DNA of 63,984 nt, filler included, from Ionaspis alba (taxonomy: Eukaryota): NCBI GenBank assembly GCA_964255285.1. It is 3 parts of 3 records of this genome, joined end to end, with 100 filler letters (N's around TTAATTAATTAA, not from the genome) between each part and the next. Parts side by side here need not be neighbours in the genome. Positions count along the whole stretch, not along the records: positions 22,497 to 44,846 come from CAXUUL010000209.1; positions 44,947 to 63,984 come from CAXUUL010000275.1; 1 more part is not named here. One strand, 5' to 3'. This document shows, piece after piece, positions 37,699 to 49,198 of this stretch. Under the pieces are notes generated by a model. That model worked only from the letters and a program-made list of their open reading frames with translations, was not told the DNA's origin and searched no databases. Positions within the stretch are counted from its first letter, which is position 1, and every line of letters begins with the position of its first letter. Made by a program: the position numbers and the translations under genes.

Positions 37699-39303
37699 AT
37701 GAGATTGAACAGCTTTACTTCGAAATCACAGATCATACAGTATCGTCTGATATCACTGCAACCATATTACAGTGCCTCCCTTTCTCGGATTGGTTTTCAG
37801 GCCTTTCGTGGATTTCGCAGTTCCAGCATGTCGAAGTCGAAGAACGAAGCCAGTGCCAAGGCTGCCAACGATTTCCTGACCTTTGTCAACGCATCACCCA
37901 CTCCATTCCATGCCGTTGACGGTGCAAAACAACGCCTAGTCAAGGCGGGATTCGAAGAAATAAGAGAGCGTGATGATTGGGCCTCAACGTGTAAGCCTGG
38001 TGGGAAATACTACCTCACCCGCAACACGTCCACGATTCTTGCATTCGCCGTTGGGAAGATGTGGAAACCTGGGAATCCAGTAGCGATGATCGGGGCTCAC
38101 ACGGACTCTCCATGTCTTCGTATCAAACCTGTCAGCAAACATCAGAGCGAGGGCTTCTTGCAAGTTGGAGTCGAAACGTATGGTGGAGGTCTCTGGCACA
38201 CTTGGTTCGATCGTGATCTGAGCATAGCGGGAAGGGCAATGGTCAAGACCGAAGGTGGCGAATTTCACCAGAAGTTGATCAAGATCGATCGTCCAATACT
38301 CCGCATCCCCACCCTAGCAATCCATCTTGACCGCCAGGAAACCTTCAGCTTCAGCAAAGAGACTCAATTATTCCCTATTGCAGGTTTGGTCGCGGCAGAG
38401 CTAGAAAGACAAGGGAAGACCGCAGAAGAAGTCAAGAGCGAAGCGGCAAAGGAAAAGGACCTGTCAGGACCTTTCAATCCTCTAAAAATTCTAACCGAGC
38501 GTCATCATCCTTACATCGTCGAGCTCATCGCTATCGAGGCCGGTGTGGATGCTGCAAACGTTGTCGACTTTGAGATAGTACTCTACGACACGCAGAGGTC
38601 GTGCATTGGCGGGCTCAACAACGAGCTTATATTCTCACCTCGGCTCGATAATCTCGAGATGTCGTATTGCAGTACTATGGGACTGATAGGCTCTTCGTCT
38701 TCGTCATCACTCGAGAAAGAGACCTGTATCCGTCTTATCTCCCTCTTCGATCACGAGGAGATTGGTAGCCAAACAGCTCAAGGCGCAGATTCCAATCTCC
38801 TACCCTCAGTTATCCGCCGACTTTCAGTCCTACCTTCAGGTGATGACTTTGAGCCAGAGACCGCTACCGCATACGAGCAGACTTTGGCATCTTCTTTCCT
38901 CATCTCAGCAGATATGGCTCATTCAGTAAATCCGAATTATGCAGGCAAATATGAAACGAGTCATCGACCGGAGATGAACAAAGGTACTGTTATCAAGATC
39001 AACGCCAACGCTCGATATGCCACAAACTCTCCAGGTATCGTTCTGATGCAGGAGATTGCTCGCAGGAAGGATGTTCCACTACAGCTCTTCGTGGTGAGCA
39101 ACGTCTCGTCCTGTGGCAGCACCATAGGACCAATGCTGTCTGCAGCATTGGGTACCAGGACCCTGGACCTGGGTAATCCGCAGCTGAGTATGCACAGTAT
39201 AAGAGAGACAGGAGGAGTCTATGATGTTGACTATGGTATCAAGCTCTTCGAGAGCTTCTTCGAGCACTTCTCCGAATTGGAGAGGAAAATATTCGTAGAC
39301 TAG
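37699..39303 (+). CDS. APE4: Aspartyl aminopeptidase (M18 family), intronless
   Basis: FVNASPTPFHAV, GAHTDSP, YGGGLWHTWFDRDL, IPTLAIHL, RLDNL, FDHEEIGS, SADMAH, CGSTIGP, QLSMHSIRE. Second in-frame ATG at 37828. Confidence 0.96.
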   Translation: MRLNSFTSKSQIIQYRLISLQPYYSASLSRIGFQAFRGFRSSSMSKSKNEASAKAANDFLTFVNASPTPFHAVDGAKQRLVKAGFEEIRERDDWASTCKPGGKYYLTRNTSTILAFAVGKMWKPGNPVAMIGAHTDSPCLRIKPVSKHQSEGFLQVGVETYGGGLWHTWFDRDLSIAGRAMVKTEGGEFHQKLIKIDRPILRIPTLAIHLDRQETFSFSKETQLFPIAGLVAAELERQGKTAEEVKSEAAKEKDLSGPFNPLKILTERHHPYIVELIAIEAGVDAANVVDFEIVLYDTQRSCIGGLNNELIFSPRLDNLEMSYCSTMGLIGSSSSSSLEKETCIRLISLFDHEEIGSQTAQGADSNLLPSVIRRLSVLPSGDDFEPETATAYEQTLASSFLISADMAHSVNPNYAGKYETSHRPEMNKGTVIKINANARYATNSPGIVLMQEIARRKDVPLQLFVVSNVSSCGSTIGPMLSAALGTRTLDLGNPQLSMHSIRETGGVYDVDYGIKLFESFFEHFSELERKIFVD

Positions 39304-39396
39304 TCTTAGCCTTATATACTTGTTGCTCTTAGTTGCGGCGCTTTCTACGAAGTATCGTACTATAACAACATACAGCCGACCTAGAAGGTCACTCAC

Positions 39397-40682
39397 CTAA
39401 TGGCCTGCAACCCTTAGATCCCCTAAGCATTCTACGTACGCCATCGGCTGCACCTTTGCGCCCTCCGCTTCCCATTCCTCTTTCTTGCTGACTCCTGTCA
39501 ACACGGCCAAAGTCCCACCTAGGCCTCCCTCAACTCCGAATCTGATATCGGTGTCCAATCGATCTCCAACCATACAAGTCCTCTTCCTATCCAGCCTGAA
39601 CTTTCCCTCAATTGCTTCCATCATGGCCTGGCTTGGCTTACCCAACGCAGTCGGTTCCTTTCCCCACATCTTCACCAACGGTGCACTCACCGCTCCAGCT
39701 CCAGGAAATAGTGTCTGCGCATTCGGCAGCGTCGAGTCAGTGTTCGTTGCCAGGAACACTGCACCTCGCCTTAAGTAATGGTAGGCAAGACTCAGCTTGA
39801 GGTAGTTGACATGGAAATCCAGACCCGCAAGGACAACGCCAACGGATGAATCGAGTGCTTCACCTGATGCTATAGCGGTATAATCGTTGGGGGACATCTC
39901 GCGCCGGAAAGAGGGATCTGTGCCGCCGATGTACGGGATAGATTCAGTGGACAGCTCGGTCTCGATGCCCGTTTCGCCGAGGACGTAGACGGTGTTTTTG
40001 CCAGGTGCGAGCCGTAAGATACGGGAGATGTAGATGGCAGACGAGTAGGATGAGCCAAAGACTTCTTCCTACGTCAGTGAAAATGCATTGGTTAGTTTGG
40101 TGCTACGAAATTAGACAGGCAGGAGAAATTGATTGGAAAGTGAAAGCTGACCACGGAGGCTGGAATACCCATACTTTCGAGCTTCTTCTTGTAGTCAGCG
40201 CGTGACTTGGTGCTGTTGTTCGTGACAAAGACAATGCGTTTGCCTGGCGACTTAGTCAACTTATTGAGGGTATGGAAAGGTCCACCGAGTAAAGGCGAAT
40301 GGCTGTGGAGAGACTACCTTTGCTTCGGAGCATTTCTAGAGTCTCCACTGTCCCATCGAAGAGGTGGTCTCCCGACCATAGAACGCCTATAGATTTTCAA
40401 ACCTTTTCAGTAACGATTCACCAATAAGGACTGGTGCTCCTTTCTTCTTCTTGTTTGTTCTGACATATGAATTTCATTTTGACTTTGCATAGCAAAAGAA
40501 CTAGGACAGACCATCGCAATCAAAGAGAAAGACCTTGCAGCTTGTCAGTCAGCTCGAGTCTGCGAGGACATTTATTATAGGAATGGGCAAAGGGGGAAAT
40601 TTGATCCATGCACCTCGAATCTATCAATGAACTCCTGTATTGCCGCTTTGTCCCCTGTCAGGTATGCAGGCTTACTTGACAT
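39397..40682 (-). CDS. PHO13: 4-nitrophenylphosphatase / HAD-IIA phosphatase (Pho13-like), multi-exon
   Basis: Spliced product MSSKPAYLTGDKAAIQEFIDRFE/VFLFDCD/GVLWSGDHLF../KRIVFVTNNSTKSRADY../EVFGSSYSSAIYI..FLATNTD..GKPS..MVGDRLDTDIRFG. Confidence 0.92.
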
Positions 40683-41122
40683 CTTGTGATAGGGATTGTC
40701 AGATCATCTACAGGGTGACTCTATGATAAGAAAACTCATCAGAATGGGAATGGACATTCCTGCTGCGGCTGATAATAACCATCGGCATGACTTGATCGGT
40801 ACGGTACTATTAGGGTTGATTAGGTGAATCACGTCACCAAGATTCGTTGTGTCTACACCCAAGTAAATATCCGGAAAGCTTCAGCAATAACGCCTTGAAC
40901 CTGTAGCCGGGGAGACCTGAGACCAAAAATACAAATACAGCCTTCTCGACAAACAAAACGTATGAAACCCACATCGAAGTTAGAAGACAGTAAAGTTGCA
41001 TTGTTATTAGTATAACTTGTACTTTGATCCTGCGCCGGCCCAATGCTCTATATAGCCCTGTGAATCTCAACGCCGATGTCTACCCGGACCGAGCCAAGAA
41101 AACAAGTCCGTAGGAGCAGAAA

Positions 41123-42877
41123 TCAGTCCTTCTTACTCTCCTTCTCCACCTTCTCCCCTTCTGACGATTCCTTTTCAGCCTCGCGAGCTTCTGCAGCTTG
41201 AGCTTCCTCCGTGCTCTGCTCCTTTGCTTCAGCCTTCCGCTGGTCTTCCTTCTCATCGATATTTGCATCGTCTTTTGGAGTAGCCCGGCCCGAATCTTTG
41301 TTTTCGTTGTTCTGTTCGTTCTCCTCCTCGATCAATTCTTGCTGCTCCTTGAGAACCTCCAGCCTCTGCTTGTTCGTAGCAGCACCCTCGGCATTGTGAA
41401 CTTCAAGCTCGATTTCGTGGAACAATTCCTCGGGTATTGAAGATAGTACAGCTTGTAATGCATCAATCTGCGAGGAGATCTCTGAGTCCTTGCCCTGAGT
41501 GTACATGAAGGCATTGCTAAGAACTAAGAGTGTGGATGGAACACCGTATTTCAGTCTAAGATCTAGCCACATCTGAAGGTCATCCCGAAGGCGAGCAGGA
41601 GACATGCCATGGGTTCGAAGTCCTCGAGAAGCGCAGGCCATTTGCAATTCTGGGACTGATAAACTTTCCACACCCTCGAATGAGATGGCACGATCGTCCC
41701 GTTTGATCTGACGCATACGATGACGAATCTGATAACGAAGCATCATGTCGGTACCAAAGGTGTTGAGGTTCATGTATCTGCACATCCCTACCAGCTGAGG
41801 TCGAGAAAGGTTGTCGAGAGTGAGGTCATCTTTGAATATTTTGCAGACCTTGATGACATCCTCGCGGGTAGGAGACTCGCCGGTAGCTCGCACTTTTCGG
41901 AAAAACTCCGCGAACTCTTCCTTCTGCGCGTTGGCAGCACTGACAGGTAGACCTGTCTCCTTCAAGGTATCGCGTAGGAAGTTGCTGACTTCCTTTCTTG
42001 TGGCTCTGAGGTTTGTAACTTTGGTGTCCTTCGACTTCTGGCCTTCGTAGGTGCTCGGTAGAAGATTGGGAAAGAGTCTTAGCGCGACAGGCAATAACAG
42101 TTCCGCAAATGGTACAATAACAAAGACCGAGAAAGGAACCAGACGACCAAGGTCCTGCACAGTACGCTGGAGTTGACGATTTTCTCTTCGGCTGAGCTCG
42201 TACCCTGCAGCCATTTTGAGAGCCAATTTGCTGCTAATGCGAACCTCGGTCCCGAGTAGTTTTGTTCCATCCCAGTAGTGTAGGACTTCCCGCTTCAGTT
42301 TTTGCCATACGCTCGATTTCTTCTGCTCCTTCTTGACTTCCGCAGACTTTGATGCTTCTCCCTGTGCGGCGGCTGACTTCTCCGCAGCCAGTTCAGAAAT
42401 ACTCATATTTGCCATGGCCTTCGTCCTCTCCACCCCGGTAGCGCCGCTCGTTGACAACTCCTTTTTGATGTCCGCAATTGTTGCGGAGGCTTCTTTGGAC
42501 ACTCGTTGGGTCGCTTCAGTAGTCTTTTCTGTGGTATCTTTCGGTAGTGGCTTCTTCGCTTGCTCTGTATTAAACCCTGGAGGTGGAAAATTGGATCCAC
42601 CACCGTTAGAGGTCGATGTGTCGGTTGCATAGGTTCGACGGGTGAGAGGAAGCGCAAGTGCTCTTATTCTGGGTGGAAAGTACTCAGTAGATTGTCGAAG
42701 TAGAATTTGACGAGTTATCAAAGGATCCAGAATTTGACGAGTTATCAAAGGATCCAGTATATACAGTCCTTTGGATTGTCAGATTCGCTTCATGATCGTA
42801 GAAACAGGCTACCTACCTCCACGAGAAAACCTCCTACCTGGAAACCCATTCCGGGCAATCCTAGCTGCTGCACTCAT
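41123..42877 (-). CDS. MDM38: LETM1/Mdm38 mitochondrial inner-membrane protein, 2 exons
   Basis: HYWDGTKLLG, DLGRLVPFSVFVIVPFAELLLPVALRLFPNLLPSTY, FKDDLTLDNLSRPQL, ACASRG. Inferred exon 1 MSAAARIARNGFPGRRFSRG (ATG at 42877) and a 48-nt intron at 42769-42816. Confidence 0.93.
42702..42757. repeat. Perfect 27-bp tandem duplication in the MDM38 5' coding region
   Basis: agaatttgacgagttatcaaaggatcc occurs twice (42702-42728, 42729-42755). Confidence 0.95.
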
Positions 42878-43393
42878 CACTTCTCAAGGTGAGAGCCGGT
42901 CGAGAAACTTGACGGGATGAGCCGGATGTGGCAGCGAACTATCTTGATAGGTATTGAAAAGAAAACAATAGTGCGACAATACTTGGGTATACGAGATATT
43001 GGAGATAATGAGTGGCGCTGTGAAAGTCCGTAAATGTTTTTTGATGATGACCTTACAGAGCCATTTGCTACACATTATTCATGTGAGACTTAGTTCCAGG
43101 GTCTATCGGACTTTATAGGACCGGCGCCCGAAAGACCGCTCGCGGAAGGGCCGACGGAGCTTTACCCCAACGACTATTCATGCCCCAGGTTGGGACCTTT
43201 GGCTTGAATATAGACTGGTGTTGTACAGTATTACCACAATGCATATATACTGCGATGACTTGAATAATACTCGCTGAAGCGATACGCTTCTCGGTCTGCC
43301 AGGAGCAGGATCTCCCTTTTCGCGGACCATCCCCCTCACTTTGCGCTCCCAGCCCTGTCTCCGCTCGGCCTCCGTACGGTCTTAGCGATCGAG

Positions 43394-44182
43394 ATGGCCA
43401 TATCCAGATTGAAGAAGGCTGCGCGCGTGATACTTGTAGGAGCACCCGGGGTTGGGAAAGGCACTCAAGCAGAGCGTCTAATGAAACAATTTCCGCAACT
43501 TTCTGCCGTGAGTTCTGGAGATCTGCTGCGAGCCAGTGTGCGGAATAGAACGCCTTTGGGTATGTCAGTGAAGGGATCAACGTCTTATCATGACAGACAT
43601 TTGAATGGCTCTAACACTTAACCAGGTCTAGAAGCGGAGAACACCATGAAAGCTGGCAATCTGGTTCCGGATGATATGATCTTGAGGCTCATCCTTAATG
43701 AGTTGAAGTCAAAGCGTTGGGTCTCCCCAAAGACATCTGTCAGCGATGCCCTCCCGGCAATACCCTCAAACGATCCATCGGCATCTTTCATATTAGACGG
43801 CTTCCCAAGAACCGCAAGCCAAGCTTCACGCCTCGATTTGTTGATACCAATCAACCTTGTCGTATCTCTTATTACCCCGATAGACATCATTCTATCACGG
43901 ATTGCATCAAGGTGGGTGCACGCGCCGAGTGGCAGGGTCTACAATACCAATTTCAATGCTCCAAAGGTCGCCGGGAAAGACGACGTGACTGGTGAGCCGT
44001 TGACTAAAAGACCCGACGACGACGAGGAGACATGGAAAATAAGATTGAAGAAATTCGACGAGACGAGTCAGCCACTTCTAGACCACTATGATAAGAAAGG
44101 AGTGTTGTGGACGGTTACCGGTAACAGTAGCGATGAGATCAGTCCGCGTTTGTTCGCGGAGTTCGAGAATCGGTTCATCTGA
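43394..44182 (+). CDS. ADK2: Mitochondrial GTP:AMP phosphotransferase (adenylate kinase 3/Adk2), 2 exons
   Basis: P-loop GAPGVGKGTQ, SSGDLLR, LVPDD, FILDGFPRT, RWVHAPSGRVYN, DDVTGEPLTKRPDD. Confidence 0.95.
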
Positions 44183-44846
44183 ATATTGCGCTTCGGTATA
44201 ACATAGGGATTTTGGACGTACACGAATGGGAGCGCCTTCCTCTGGAAATGTTTCAGAAAGCTCCAGATCATGTACATAGAATTTGCAAAAAGAGACTTCC
44301 ATGTAAAAACACGATCGAGTAAAAGTGAAACGCCATGCACCGATGAGCTGACCAGAATTGAAGTGACTATACATACTAGGGATAGAATGACGAGGTACTT
44401 GACCCGTCAATGGGATCGGGTGATGATCGCTACCTAGAACATCATCAGTAATGGTGATAGAAAAGACTTCCCGCATCGCTCTCTATGATCACCAAGCATT
44501 TGTGGCGAGATTACGATCTCCCTTGTATGACACTGGGCATCAGAGAACACATGGAAGCAAGAGAAGTTTTGGTTCTGTGGCAACCATTGTGATCGTATTG
44601 TTCCGCGCCAACATCTGAAAGATGTCGCGGTGCGTGAAGTTGTCTGATCGTACAATGTAGCAGTTGGCAAAGCATGGTCCAAGAACAATGACCCAAGCAG
44701 CAAGGTCCAAACATGACCGCAGTCGCGTCCCAGTCCTCAAACACCAGGTCCAAAACATTGACCTCAAACACAAGAACACAGTCTATAGACAACCAAGTCC
44801 ACGGCACTTTGGAACCGACCCTCCCCCGTCCTTGCCCTCCCTCCTC

Positions 44847-44946
44847 NNNNNNNNNNNNNNNNNNNNNNNNNNNNNNNNNNNNNNNNNNNNTTAATTAATT
44901 AANNNNNNNNNNNNNNNNNNNNNNNNNNNNNNNNNNNNNNNNNNNN
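44847..44946. other. Artificial scaffold linker N44-TTAATTAATTAA-N44
   Basis: Same structure as 22397-22496. Oligo at 44891-44902. Confidence 0.95.
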
Positions 44947-46096
44947 CCCCCTATCATCCCTCCCACTCCTACTCTTCCCCCTCTCCACCCTCTTCTGATG
45001 CCTCTTGGCCTTCTCGGCCTTATACTCCTTGTACCCATGATGCGTCTGCTTCGTAGTCTGCCACTTGGAATACGCACCCTTGATACTCAAAGCCGCGACC
45101 CCAATAGCAGCCACATCCTGCAACCTCGCCTTATTCTTCTCCTTCCTCGCCTCCTGCTGCGTCAACTCGCCTTTGCGGACCTGCTCGTGCCGTTTATCGC
45201 TCGCCTCCATGGAAGCGTAGACACCCGATGCCGCATGGATGGTGGCCACGGCGGCAAGACCCGCGGTCAGAAGTTCGTTGCGGATGAGTTTTTTCTTCTG
45301 GCGCTCGTCTTCCGAGGAGGAGATCACGCTGTCGCTGTCGCTGGAGCTGCTGGAGGAGTCGGGTTTCTTTTTTGTGCTGACGGAGCCGGCGTTGCTGCGG
45401 GTGGCGACGGTTGATTGCGGGACGTAGCGCGAGGGGTCGTAGTCTCGCCTGCTGTTATTGTAGTCGCGACGGTCGTCGTATCCGCGCCGGTTGTCGTTGC
45501 GCCGGCCGAGCTCGGCGGTGTCGAAGGAGCTGCGGCGGTGGACCATGCCGGGGCGGCGCCGAGGTGGGACCGAGGATTCGGAGTCGGAGGCTGAGGAGTC
45601 GGAGCGGTAGGCGGCTAAAGGAGGTTTAGTTGGATTGATGGTTGGTGTGTTGGGCGGGAGTACTCACTGCGACGAGTGACCTTGCCGTCCGTTCTACCCC
45701 GTGTGTACGCATCCTCGCGATATCTCCCTTGATCGTCGTGGAATCTTTGCGCATACACCTGATCGTTCTGTGGGTAGTTTCTGATTTTGTTGTGAGTAAT
45801 GCTGGCACGATGAGAAAGTCGGGTGGGAACAAAACTCACGATTGATCGCGGGAATCTCCGTTGTCATCATCCTCATCGTAATAGCGCTTTGGTCGTTGAC
45901 GTTCTGTTTGACTTCTGCGTGGTGGACCGTAGTCATCCGTTACCTCTTCGTAGTATTCTTGTTCGCCTCTCTTGTTCTTGCGGCCGGGTATTGGGATCTT
46001 CTTGACGGTGCGCTTTGAACGTTCGTAGATCGTGTCGTAGTTGTTGAGTAAAGCCGGAACGCCATTGAGAGCGAGATTCGCGAACTGTTCAGCCAT
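44947..46096 (-). CDS. Low-complexity R/D/S-rich protein with DUF3824-like C-terminal domain, 3 exons, 3' end cut by the scaffold edge
   Basis: Spliced product MAEQFANLALNGVP..DQS/NYPQNDQ..VTRR/TAYRSDSS..ELLTAGLAAVATIHAASGVYASME..EARKEKNKARLQDVAAIGVAALSIKGAYSKW. The family name is from memory. Confidence 0.7.
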
Positions 46097-46941
46097 GGTG
46101 GGATAGAGAAAGGCTGAGCAGGAAGGTAAAAGATCAAGGGATAGAGGTTGTCAACGGATCGCAGCGAATGTGAGAGAACACCGAGGATGTTTCACGAAAA
46201 TTGATCGTAGATTACCATGAACGTCTCGAATAGGCAAAGAGTTGAATACTGCTCAGCAAGAGGGCCAGGCAATTGATGTCCGGGTGAGAACAGAAAGTGA
46301 AGGAGTCTTTGAGCGGAAGTAATGGAAAAGGGTTGTCGGGATGGAGGGGAATTGGAGCGCCAGACTCACGAGTGCTGTGTTGGATTTGTGGATGAATTGT
46401 GAAATATGCAGCATGACGCATGACGCAAAACGCGTGCATGCAGGCCCAGTCGAGACTGAGGGGTCGTCGCAAACGTGGCGGTGAAGGAGTCGAGTCCGGC
46501 CAGGCAATACTAACTACTTCAAGTCCAGCGCCATATTCTGTCGACACGGGAGGCGCATTAAGATCACGGTCATCTGATGGTTATCGTGATGTGGGCGCAC
46601 TGCTCGATCCAGCAACCACGTCAGGATTCCTTCGGACGTGGTTGCACAGCATAGAGCATTAGACATGAGGCAAAGTCAGGTACGGAAGGATGAATCGACC
46701 ACTGGCGCTTGTACCTGTGTACCTTACATCTTCGAGAACAAGCGATTGGCATGGCGTCTATTGATGCTGATATACACGTCCGCCTGACTATGTCACCAGG
46801 CGGCAAAGGCAACATCGGCAGTTCATTTGCATTGATGGAGAGAACTATCCGCAATTCCTCTCGACACATGAGCTAGGCTGAGCACCACTCGAGGGCCCGG
46901 ACACAAGACTTATACGGTTGGTTAATCATATTGTAGGAAGG

Positions 46942-48851
46942 CTAACAAGATTCCATGGCCGAAGGCCTACTCGTGTCGACCCAAACCTCCATAATCTGCT
47001 CTTTCCCATGCTCCACTCCTTCCAGAGTAGGCGCTGGATACTGACTAGTGAGCACAACTCGCAAGGATCTGAAAGTCATATTGAGCTTCAGCAGCGACTT
47101 CAGGAACCGAGATCGGCTCTGGGCTGTTTCATCCTCCAGGCACAGGTCGATACGATCGATAATGAGAAATATCTCTTGGTTCTCATGGCTTGGCTGCCGT
47201 TCGATCATTCCCAACAGATGTTTAAGCATCTCATACACTGTCTCCGTGCGGGTACCTGCATGTTGAAATGCTTGAACAGAAAGCAAATTGAGATTATTGG
47301 AAGCAAGAACGATTTCCGGATGTGCTTGAAGGAGTTGCACTAGGACCCTCTTGAAGATGGTTAATGGGGTGAGGCGCTCTTGATCTGAACCTCCATTGAA
47401 AATGATATATGCTAGGTCAATGTTCTTTTCGAGCTCGAGAGCTTCAATAACGTCCTTGGAAAATGATGATACCCACGATGCCCCTCTCCTGTTTTGCTTG
47501 CCGCCAATCCAGAGTATTGGTCGCGGCTCGCATTGGAGCCAACCAGGGAAGTGGATCTCGTCAAGATGATTGTCCCATTGCTCCTTTGGTGTCAGACCTC
47601 GCTGCTGCTCTTCCATGAACTCTTGTTCTGGCTCCGAGTCGTGAGGCTGTGGTAACAGAATGCTTGAAATTTGCTGAATATAAAGACTTGCTTGAAATCG
47701 TGTAGAGTCTATCCAGCACGTCAATGTCGTGGCCGATATTGGATTACCTCAATGCAACTTACCTTTGATTAATGCCCGGCATGATTCAAGATCGGTTTCC
47801 AGTGCAGCAATCTTGAAGTTGAGAACCGTGGCCTGAGTGGTTACTTTTATCTGAATCTCCTTGATTGCTATAGTAGGGCCGTCAGTGGTTTGTTGTAGCA
47901 AGGAGATGCGTTGATATTAATCAACCTTCTGCAGTCTTATCAAGCGTCGCCTTAGAGTCGAGCAGCACTGTAGTGTAGCCTCTCTGGGCCAGTGTCTCTA
48001 TTCTTGCTGCATGATCACGGATCGTGTCCACGAAGTGTTGAAATCTTTTAGAGAAATCATTGATCAGACCGTCCAGGATTTTCACTACAATTGCATAAGA
48101 CAAGTATAGGATCAGTGGGGCACTATATCGAGATTTCATTCCTAGAGAGACATCTCGTTGGCTTACCTATACTCCATTTCTTCTGATAATGAAGTGCGTG
48201 TACGAGAAAATCAATAATGGCTGCAGACAATCCCTGGACCTCGGTGTCTATCTCTACTGTTGGGATCGTGCTCTTGGAGAACTTCACCTGAGAGAGTATA
48301 TCCTTGAGCTGGTCGATCTCACTCTCGAGCTTCTCCTCTATTTCTAGTTTATTGCTGACTGGCTGATAGGAGTCAGGTGTGTTTGTGCCGAGTAGGGTGG
48401 AGCATTACGTACCTGGATCAACAACAGCCCTACTAGACCCAACGCAATAGAACACTCAGGGGAGATATTTGCTTGCTTGAAAATCTCCAGGACAGGAGCT
48501 GCAAATTGCGAGAACCTGTAGACTTTCTTCCAAATTTTGCTGTGCTGTTTCTTCTTGTCAATTTCTTGTAAGTACTGCGCTATAAAATCCTCCACGGCTT
48601 TCAAGTCCTTTACTTGATCAAGGACCTGTCTTTCATTGCGGTCAAGGGTAAGATGGCGTAGGTGATCCGATGCTCTTGAGCATGCTTTGAAGGTGTTTTC
48701 TGAAAGGCTGTTGACCGCTTCGTCAGCGGCAACATTGGTGCATACGTAGATCAGGAGTTTTCGAGACTGACAAGAAACGATCTTGTATAGAGCCTGGATG
48801 TCCGACTCTCTTGAGCACTTCTTTGGCGATAACGAAGGTCTCGTTCGTCAT
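46942..48851 (-). CDS. NLR-like protein: helical N-terminal domain plus degenerate NACHT/STAND NTPase fold, no C-terminal sensor repeats (6 exons, roughly 530 aa)
   Basis: GT-AG introns join MTNETFVIAK..QDRF / LSENTF..HSKIWKKVYRFSQFAAPVLEIFKQANISPECSIALGLVGLLLIQ / PVSNKLEIEEKL..AIIDFLVHALHYQKKWS / KILDGL..RFQHFVDTI / AIKEIQ..LIK / DSTRFQ..FPGWLQCEPRPILWIGGKQNRRGASWVSSF..LAYIIF..FKRVLVQLL..IFLIIDRID..LRVVLTSQ*. The last exon has the NACHT motif layout. Confidence 0.7.
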
Positions 48852-49198
48852 TCCTATTTCTTATACTAATACCGGCAGGATTACGATAATATCAGTAGAG
48901 CGAGCCACGATTCTAGCTTTAGTGCCGCCATAAACATTGTGAGGTCCCGAGATCAAAAAGTCGGAGCGGTACAGCCATGATGATATAGATGGCACTGCCC
49001 TGTCTTCGTTTGACCGTATGTAGCTGACGGCTGTGCCACCAATCGACAGGGCCACCAATAGCTGACCTGTCAGTCCAAGTGGCAATGCTCAGCCTCATCT
49101 TTGATAGGTTGAGTATCAATGTCTATGCGTATAAGTAAGCGAGGAAGTACAATCTTTTGTTTCATTTTGTTCTCCCGAAAGCTAGATACTACAACGAC

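Noticed and set aside
44434..44846. Short ORFs downstream of ADK2
   Set aside because: No motifs. Probably the 3' UTR of a gene beyond the scaffold edge.
46408..46445. Repeated GCATGACGCATGACGCA and ACGCGT motifs upstream of the DUF3824-like gene
   Set aside because: Could be bZIP or MCB-type sites but are too short to support without conservation data.
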